A DNA stretch of 64,000 nt from Planctomycetota bacterium (GTDB taxonomy: Bacteria > Planctomycetota > MHYJ01 > JACQXL01): the NCBI GenBank assembly GCA_016235865.1, contig JACRIK010000018.1, positions 66,891 to 130,890 on the forward strand. The letters are read 5' to 3'. Shown here one piece after another: positions 57,488 to 64,000 of the stretch (position 1 is the stretch's first letter; each line of letters opens with the position of its first letter). Made by a program: the position numbers and the translations under genes. The notes under the pieces are model-generated. The model worked only from the letters and a program-made list of their open reading frames with translations, had not been told where the DNA came from and searched no databases.

Positions 57488-58693
57488 ATGCCGAATAATG
57501 AAACGGACCCCGGACGCTCAAAACTATCCCGGCTGGCGGACATCCTGCTGAAAATCGCCGCTTTCTTTATCATCCTGGAACCTATCTGGATGCTATTGCC
57601 CTTTGCCGGGTTCCTTTACGGCTCGGTCATGCACATCCAGATGCTCAGCAGTAATCCCAAGCTATCCTGGCTGGTCTATTTCGTCCTGCCCACCCATACG
57701 CTCTTCCCGGTCGGCATAATTTTGGTAGTAGTCGGCTTTATGATTTTCCTTATCGGCGCTTCCCAGATATACTACGCCAAACTCTTCAAAAAAGGCATGG
57801 TCACCAAAGGCATCTACCGGTTCTTCCGCCATCCGCAATATGTATCGCTGTCGATTTTCTGCATTGGCATCATCCTGACCTGGGGCCGGTTCATCACCTA
57901 CATCGCCTTCTTTGTCATGCTCTGGCTCTATTATTATTTATCCAAGAGCGAGGAGCGCCAGTGCCAGGCCGCCTTCGGCGCCGAATATGACGCCTACAAG
58001 AAAACGGTCTGGTTCCTGTTCCCCGGAGAGGGGCTTCTGTTTAAGCTCTGGGCTGGCGTGCCGAAACCGAAACTGCCCAAATCGGCCGCAATTGCTGTCT
58101 CAGGCATCCTGGTTATAAGTTTTGCCATAGCCAGCGGTTTCTTTATCCAATGGGTTCGGGCTGAAACCCGGCAGACCATTCCCTGCATCCAGGCCAAGAA
58201 AACATTCACCGGAAGCTCAGCCGAGGTTGACCTGATTATGGTCAAGGGACCGGCTATGCAGGCCGCGCCTTTTGAAGCCGGGCGGACCGAGTTTATGGAC
58301 AAGCAATTCCAGGCGCTGATGGCCTCGGCCAAGATAAATAAACTGCTCGGTTATCTCGGCCTGGGCGAAAAAGATACTGTTCTGGTCTTCCTGACTCCGG
58401 GAAAAAATTGGCACGACCAGATGGGCCGGCACGACTCCAATAAAGTTGATTTATTTATTCTTGTCCTGAATACCCCGGTCAAATACAATGGCGCTAATTT
58501 CAGTCAATTCCGGCGCGCTTGGGCCATCCGCAAGGCCGTATTCGTGGACGATTTCTCATATCAGGCGTTCAAGGAAGGCAAAGACCCGGCCCAGGGTGAG
58601 ATGACCATTCCGGGACCGCCGCGGGGTGAATTTCCTGAATTCCTGCGCGTCAAGTTTGAGGAGCGGGTCGATTTCTTCCTGAGCGGGCTGTAA
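57488..58693 (+). CDS. Membrane protein with N-terminal ICMT/PEMT-type methyltransferase domain and a 200-aa C-terminal domain of unknown function
   Basis: KGIYRFFRHPQYVSLSIF...SEERQCQAAFGAEYDAYKK matches the isoprenylcysteine carboxyl / phospholipid methyltransferase motif. Confidence 0.6.
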   Translation: MPNNETDPGRSKLSRLADILLKIAAFFIILEPIWMLLPFAGFLYGSVMHIQMLSSNPKLSWLVYFVLPTHTLFPVGIILVVVGFMIFLIGASQIYYAKLFKKGMVTKGIYRFFRHPQYVSLSIFCIGIILTWGRFITYIAFFVMLWLYYYLSKSEERQCQAAFGAEYDAYKKTVWFLFPGEGLLFKLWAGVPKPKLPKSAAIAVSGILVISFAIASGFFIQWVRAETRQTIPCIQAKKTFTGSSAEVDLIMVKGPAMQAAPFEAGRTEFMDKQFQALMASAKINKLLGYLGLGEKDTVLVFLTPGKNWHDQMGRHDSNKVDLFILVLNTPVKYNGANFSQFRRAWAIRKAVFVDDFSYQAFKEGKDPAQGEMTIPGPPRGEFPEFLRVKFEERVDFFLSGL

Positions 58694-58844
58694 ATCCTAA
58701 CGTCAATACACCCACACACCAATGTATTGGTGTGCAGGGTACATTGGTGTGCGGGATAAAAGAGAATTGAAGACGGCGTTCCCCGAAATTCAAAAATCAA
58801 TTTGGCTTGACAAACCGTCATTTGTTATGTATGAGAACAATTGA

Positions 58845-60887
58845 ATGAAACGCCAGAAATTACTTGTAGTAACCCCGCCGAGGCGGGCGAATCTATCCGA
58901 TTATCTTAACCAAATCAAAGCAGCTCTGGACCAGCAGGACTATAACAAGGCAAAACGATTAGGTGGGATTGCATCAAAGAAACTTGCTTCTTTAGAGCAT
59001 TCTCCGCTTGAGGAATATTTATTATACAGCAGATTGGGACATTCTCATTATTTACTGGCGCAGTATTCTTTTGCTTTGGATGCTTTTTATAAAGCATTTC
59101 TGATAGCCCAAAAGAATTCTTTGCATCCGGCATACCAAAATTATATTTCAGCCCAAATGGGAGATATTCTTCGTTTAATTGGAAATATCAGCCAGGCATT
59201 ACGGCAGTTCGAAAAAGTAGGGCAGTACTACAAGCAGTATGGCGATGGTGTTTCGCCTATGAATAAGCAGTTGTATGGCGGCTATTTACTCAGCCTGGTG
59301 GGTTGTTATTTGCATCAAGGCAAACCCGATAAAGCAAAGAATATTATAACCATTAGTGAAGCAGATGATAGCTTATCACAAACCCAGATGTTTTTAATGG
59401 ATTATAATCACTTTAAAGGAGAGTATCTGATATTGGTGGAAGAATACAATGATTCCAGGGAAACGTTTCTAAAATGCATAGAAATATGTAAACAAAACAA
59501 CGACCAATGCGGTTGGTTACAAGCATCGATACACCTCGCCCAAATTGACCTTATAGAAGAAAAAATAAGTAACGCTATTAAATTATTGAACATAATTCTA
59601 AAATCTGCCCGGCAATTAAAACTTAATGACCTCATTTGTGAATCAGGACTTCTTTTGAGCAAGTGTTATTTGCTTAAAGGTCTGCCTGATAAAGCTATTG
59701 CTATGGAGCAACGGATTAAACCCATTCTCTCAAAATTAGATACGGCCTGGCTCTATGAAAAGACCCGTGAGTTTGAGAAACTCTATCGCCAGTTGTCCTC
59801 CACAGGCGGATCCCGCTTAGCGGGACAATCATCTCCAAAACCCCTGCCTGTCCCGGCTGCACCTGCGATTCTGGTCAAGACATTGAATCACCGCTACGAA
59901 ACTTCGCCGTATAAAGAGATGGTCATTGGCAGTTCCGAGTTAATGCGCGAGGTATTTCAGTTAATAGAGAAGATTGCGCCATCGGATTTGCCGATTCTAA
60001 TCCAGGGCGAAACCGGCACCGGCAAGGAACTGATTACCCGGGCGATTCACGCCAAGAGCCAACGGGCCGAAAAGGTCTTCCTAGCATTTAATTGCGGGGC
60101 GATACCGGAGTCGCTCATGGAAAGCGCGCTTTTCGGCCATACCAGAGGCGCCTTTACCGGCGCCACTGAAGACAAGAAGGGATATATTGAACTTGCCTCG
60201 GGCGGAACGCTTTTTATAGACGAGGTTGGTAATATGTCCGTTGGGATGCAGCAGAAACTCCTGCGCGTCCTGGAGGAGAATCTGGTCTGGCGTATCGGCG
60301 CGCAGAAACAGGTATCTGTTAACACTCGGTTCATCTTTGCCAGCAATCAGAATGTCGAGCAGTTAGTTCAGCGGAAACTTTTCCGCGAAGACTTGTTTTA
60401 TCGTATCAATACTATTGTGCTCAACCTACCGTCTTTGAAAGAACGCCAAGACGATATTCCGTTATTGATAGAACACTTCCTTAAGAAATATGCCACTGGA
60501 ATGCAGAATGTAGAATTGGGAGTGGGGAATGAAAAATTCCGCATTCCGGATTCCACACTCCGCATTCTGATGGACTATTCCTGGCCCGGCAATATCCGCG
60601 AACTGGAAAACGAAATTCAGAGAATCTGCGTCCTGCACCCTGAAGCAAAGATTATCACTGAGCTGATGCTTTCTGAATCAATTCGTACTTGTATGTCTAC
60701 ATCTCTATCTATAGCTAAGGATATATTGACTCTTAAAGAAATAGAACAAAATAGTATTGTGGAAGCGCTTAAAAGATGTAACGGTAATATGACTAAAACA
60801 GCCGGGCAACTTGGACTTACCCGGGCCGGTCTTTACAGAAAAATGAAACGGCTTGGAATAAAACCGTCCCTTGTTACCATATCGTAA
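58845..60887 (+). CDS. Sigma-54-dependent transcriptional activator: TPR-like N-terminal sensor domain instead of a receiver, then AAA+ and Fis-type HTH
   Basis: ILIQGETGTGKELITRAIH, GAFTGA, ESALFGH, and C-terminal MTKTAGQLGLTRAGLYRKMKRLGI. Confidence 0.85.
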   Translation: MKRQKLLVVTPPRRANLSDYLNQIKAALDQQDYNKAKRLGGIASKKLASLEHSPLEEYLLYSRLGHSHYLLAQYSFALDAFYKAFLIAQKNSLHPAYQNYISAQMGDILRLIGNISQALRQFEKVGQYYKQYGDGVSPMNKQLYGGYLLSLVGCYLHQGKPDKAKNIITISEADDSLSQTQMFLMDYNHFKGEYLILVEEYNDSRETFLKCIEICKQNNDQCGWLQASIHLAQIDLIEEKISNAIKLLNIILKSARQLKLNDLICESGLLLSKCYLLKGLPDKAIAMEQRIKPILSKLDTAWLYEKTREFEKLYRQLSSTGGSRLAGQSSPKPLPVPAAPAILVKTLNHRYETSPYKEMVIGSSELMREVFQLIEKIAPSDLPILIQGETGTGKELITRAIHAKSQRAEKVFLAFNCGAIPESLMESALFGHTRGAFTGATEDKKGYIELASGGTLFIDEVGNMSVGMQQKLLRVLEENLVWRIGAQKQVSVNTRFIFASNQNVEQLVQRKLFREDLFYRINTIVLNLPSLKERQDDIPLLIEHFLKKYATGMQNVELGVGNEKFRIPDSTLRILMDYSWPGNIRELENEIQRICVLHPEAKIITELMLSESIRTCMSTSLSIAKDILTLKEIEQNSIVEALKRCNGNMTKTAGQLGLTRAGLYRKMKRLGIKPSLVTIS

Positions 60888-61014
60888 CATAGCGTATATT
60901 TTATATACACCATCTTAATAAATGGCAATTAGCATACGGCATACCTTTGTCGTAACCGCATTATTTATAATGTGTTAATACAAAATTAATCTCCCCGTAT
61001 TATTTTACTAAATC

Positions 61015-61030
61015 TGGCACGCTATTTGCT
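61015..61030 (+). promoter_or_regulatory. Sigma-54 (-24/-12) promoter TGGCAC-N5-TTGCT
   Basis: cTGGCACgctatTTGCTt matches the consensus exactly. It lies about 100 nt upstream of ATG 61132 and 128 nt downstream of the activator gene. Confidence 0.65.
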
Positions 61031-61131
61031 TATATAAGAGTAAACTGATTAAGCAGATACAGTGGAGTAAACAGATTTCCGTTAAATCAGTCATATTTGC
61101 TGAATTAGCTTACTAAATTTAGGATGTTTTT

Positions 61132-61332
61132 ATGAGTAAATTAGCCGCTATGCAAAGCAGATGCCCGCCTTTGAGTGAAAATGATGTCCTTAATCTCCGG
61201 GGCCAACCGGCATGCAAATCCAAACTATTGAAAGATGAGGAATGGGTCTATTATTCTTTACCTAACTATACCGAGGAGCATTATTTCTTCCGAAACGGAC
61301 GTTTGGTGAGATGGAAGGAGATAAGGATATGA
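61132..61332 (+). CDS. Small hypothetical protein (66 aa), translationally coupled (ATGA) to the downstream lipoprotein gene
   Basis: ORF with a 4-nt overlap, downstream of the sigma-54 promoter. Confidence 0.4.
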   Translation: MSKLAAMQSRCPPLSENDVLNLRGQPACKSKLLKDEEWVYYSLPNYTEEHYFFRNGRLVRWKEIRI

Positions 61333-64000
61333 CAAAAAAATGGATGGCGGCTCATCTCAGCAAAGGCGTAATAATTTTTATTACCTTAACCTTACTCCTG
61401 ATAACCACCAGTTGTTTTAACCGCAAGAAATCAGCCCCACAATCCGGCAGCAGCGCACTGCCCGACGCTTTCCAGACCATACTGCCGGCCGACGGTGCTA
61501 TCAATGTGGATGTCTTCTCCGCGCCAGTGCCGGTGGCTTGGAACGGCTCAAGCAATGCCACCAGTTATATCCTGGAAGTAGCCAAGGAAGACGATTTCGC
61601 GCCGGTTAATATGCTTTATTCTGCCACCTTAGGTCCAAATACTACCAATCACTCCGTGACCTACGGCTTGTTATCGGGCGGGGTTTGGTATTACTGGCGG
61701 GTCACGGCTGTCAATGCCAACGGCACGACAGTTTCATCGGATGCGCCATCGTGTTTCTATACCTCATCAGGCGGCATTATTCCCGGCGCATTCAACTTAG
61801 CCGCGCCCATTGATAATGATTCCGGGCTGGTCCTGACCCCTGAACTAGACTGGACCAATGCACCCAAGGAAAGCAAATACATCGTCTATCTGGATAACGA
61901 CTCCAATTTCTCCTCGCCGATTTATACGGACACGACCAGGCCCGGCGAACTGGGTATCCAGATCCCCATCGGGGCGGGGCTGACCGAGACCTCACGTTAT
62001 TATTGGAAGGTTGATGCAATTAACTACTTCGGAAACCGGCAATCATCAATTTATTCGTTCGTGACCGGCCCGATAAAGTATTACACTATCACGCCCACTG
62101 CCGCGACTATCACAGCCGGTCAGGGCGTGACGATGACCATCACGGCCTATAATTCTAATAATGAGATAGTTTCTTCACATATTCCATTTACGATGACGAT
62201 GAATTCCGGCACCGGACTTACCTACTATACTGATAATACCTTAAGCACGATAAACAGTACCGGCACATATGCAATGACTAATGGAACGGCAAGGGTTTAT
62301 CTAAAGATAACCGTAGCCGGATCGATTGCGATTACCGCCACAGACCGGGCCGGACGGACAAAGAGTTGTGATCCAATTACCGTCAATGCTGGACCTGTTA
62401 TCTTGGTAACCGTTTCCGGTCAATCATCCATCGCATCGGGAGTAGAGTCGTCTTCATATGCTGCGGCTTCCTATGATGCCTATAATAACACGGTTGCCGA
62501 TACTTATACCTGGTCAAAGGCCAACGGCACCGGTACAGCCACGCAAAACATAGATAAACTCACGGGTATTTTAGCCGGCACAGTTACTATTACAGCGACA
62601 TCCAATGCAGCGCCTACTATATCAATGGGTAAAACAGTTACCGTTGTTCAGGGGGGGGTCGCTACAATAACTGTTTCAGGCCCAGATCCGATTACCTCAG
62701 GTATACAATCTTCGTCATACACTGCGGTTTCCAGAGATTTTAATAACAATATTATCTCAGATACCTATATTTGGTCTAATTCAAATGGTACCGGCACTGC
62801 CACCCGTAGTGTGGATAAACTTACCGGCGTTCTGGCCGGAACCGTGACGATTACGGCCACTTCGGTCTCGGCACCAGCTAAATCAGGCGGCAAAATAGTT
62901 ACAGTAGCCTCCGGAGCTATTACCACAGTAACTGTTTCAGGCTCAGACCCGATAACCTCTGGGATCCAATCTTCCTCGTATACTGCAGTATCACGAGATG
63001 CAGCCGGTAACATAGTCGCGGACACCTTTGCTTGGAGTAAAGCCAACGGCACTGGCTCGGCCAACCTGGTTGCGGATAGATTGACCGGTGTAATATCCGG
63101 CACAGTCACCATCACCGCCACCTCGGTTGCTGCCCCAACTAAATCCGGCGGCAAAACGGTTACGGTTATCCCCGGCGCAGTTAACGCCGTCACCGTGGCC
63201 GGCCCTGATCCAATTACCTCTGCTGTGGAATCTTCATCATATACCGCGGTTTCTAGAGACATTAATAATAATATTGTCTCAGATGCTTATACCTGGTCAC
63301 ATTCGAACGGCACCGGTACCGCCACCCGTAATGTGGATAAGTTGACCGGTGTAATATCTGGCACAGTCACTATCACCGCCACATCAATGGCTGCTCCGAG
63401 TAAATCAGGCGGTAAGCTGGTTCAGATAGTCCCGGGCGTTGTTAACATGGTAACCGTGGCCGGCTCCGACCCGATTACATCCGGTATCCAATCGTTGTCG
63501 TACATTGCGGTCTCCAGGGACATCAATAATAACACGGTCTTAGATACCTATACTTGGACAAAAGCAGATGGGAGCGGTACGGCCAACCTTAGCGGAGATA
63601 AACTCACGGGTATCTTAGTCGGCACAGTTACCATCACCGCCACCTCAAACTCTGCTCCGGCTAAATCAGGCGGTAAAACAGTTACCGTTGTTCAGGGTAA
63701 TATAGCCACAGTAACTGTTTCAGGCTCAGACCCGATTACCTCCGGCATCCAATCATCGTCATACACCGCGGTTTCCCGGGACATCAATAATAACCTTGTT
63801 TCAGATACCTTCACCTGGAGTAAAGCCAACGGCACCGGCTCGGCCAATCTCAGTGTTGATAAGTTGACCGGGGTAATATCAGGCACAGTAACTATCACCG
63901 CCACCTCGGTGGTGGCGCCGGCTAAATCCGGAGGCAAGACTGTTACCGTAATCCCAGGCGCGATTGTCTCAATAACAGTATCCGGAAATGCTAACATTGT
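61329..64000 (+). CDS. Large surface lipoprotein with two Fn3-like domains and at least 9 tandem Big_2 (bacterial Ig-like) domains. The 3' end lies outside the window.
   Basis: MTKKWMAAHLSKGVIIFITLTLLLITTSC lipobox-like N-terminus. YYWRV/YYWKV Fn3 signatures. The unit DPITSGIQSSSYTAVSRD...TYTWSKANGTGTA...DKLTGV.AGTVTITATS repeats to the window end. The frame is open through 64000. Confidence 0.7.
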   Translation, partial: MTKKWMAAHLSKGVIIFITLTLLLITTSCFNRKKSAPQSGSSALPDAFQTILPADGAINVDVFSAPVPVAWNGSSNATSYILEVAKEDDFAPVNMLYSATLGPNTTNHSVTYGLLSGGVWYYWRVTAVNANGTTVSSDAPSCFYTSSGGIIPGAFNLAAPIDNDSGLVLTPELDWTNAPKESKYIVYLDNDSNFSSPIYTDTTRPGELGIQIPIGAGLTETSRYYWKVDAINYFGNRQSSIYSFVTGPIKYYTITPTAATITAGQGVTMTITAYNSNNEIVSSHIPFTMTMNSGTGLTYYTDNTLSTINSTGTYAMTNGTARVYLKITVAGSIAITATDRAGRTKSCDPITVNAGPVILVTVSGQSSIASGVESSSYAAASYDAYNNTVADTYTWSKANGTGTATQNIDKLTGILAGTVTITATSNAAPTISMGKTVTVVQGGVATITVSGPDPITSGIQSSSYTAVSRDFNNNIISDTYIWSNSNGTGTATRSVDKLTGVLAGTVTITATSVSAPAKSGGKIVTVASGAITTVTVSGSDPITSGIQSSSYTAVSRDAAGNIVADTFAWSKANGTGSANLVADRLTGVISGTVTITATSVAAPTKSGGKTVTVIPGAVNAVTVAGPDPITSAVESSSYTAVSRDINNNIVSDAYTWSHSNGTGTATRNVDKLTGVISGTVTITATSMAAPSKSGGKLVQIVPGVVNMVTVAGSDPITSGIQSLSYIAVSRDINNNTVLDTYTWTKADGSGTANLSGDKLTGILVGTVTITATSNSAPAKSGGKTVTVVQGNIATVTVSGSDPITSGIQSSSYTAVSRDINNNLVSDTFTWSKANGTGSANLSVDKLTGVISGTVTITATSVVAPAKSGGKTVTVIPGAIVSITVSGNANI

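Noticed and set aside
62765-63997. Minus-strand ORFs 62765..63262 and 63692..63997
   Set aside because: They are antisense to the Big_2 repeat region of the large lipoprotein. Repeats keep many frames open.

Overview
This 64-kb window is a chromosomal segment from an anaerobic, probably uncultivated bacterium (about 50% GC, dense coding on both strands). I found no rRNA, tRNA, CRISPR array or transposase genes.

The first 8 kb is an electron-bifurcating [NiFe] hydrogenase/heterodisulfide reductase locus: hdrA (3' end), mvhD, mvhG, mvhA, a maturation protease, hdrC and hdrB. It is interrupted by a Cys-rich MerR-family regulator and a small ORF. It ends with a zinc-finger-less HypA-like protein translationally coupled to a bona fide HydG-type radical SAM enzyme carrying the C-terminal CX2CX22C motif.

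The remainder carries, in order:
- a COG2403 P-loop protein, a DUF35-like Zn-ribbon protein, two tandem paralogous membrane proteins, a stand-alone HgdC/BcrAD-type activase and a ferredoxin;
- a porin-like outer-membrane protein, an ECF sigma / anti-sigma pair, and an orphan MlaF-like ABC ATPase;
- threonine catabolism (tdh, kbl) flanking thrS-infC-rpmI, where infC starts on ATT;
- methylmalonyl-CoA epimerase and mutase;
- a Ser/Thr kinase, then PilB/GspE (with MshEN-like N-terminal motifs) and PilT;
- hutU and hutH, an OMP, yidD, nrdR, acs and an HNH nuclease;
- a HEAT-repeat protein and a 1064-aa DUF4388-TPR-PEGA-PQQ protein;
- truA, queE, and an anti-sigma / LTXXQ / hyper-charged repeat-protein trio;
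- a DAO-family oxidase, a class IV aminotransferase, and a sigma-54 activator followed by a textbook sigma-54 promoter driving a giant Big_2 lipoprotein.

The intergenic DNA is unusually rich in small repeat families:
- a structured REP-like element (hairpin-ATAA-stem-CTAAC-stem) in at least 5 copies, with compensatory stem changes;
- a GTTACA-array palindromic element in 2-3 copies;
- two different 22-bp tandem arrays;
- 9-bp periodic motifs recurring upstream of amino-acid/acyl-CoA genes.

All calls are from sequence inspection only; no database searches were run.
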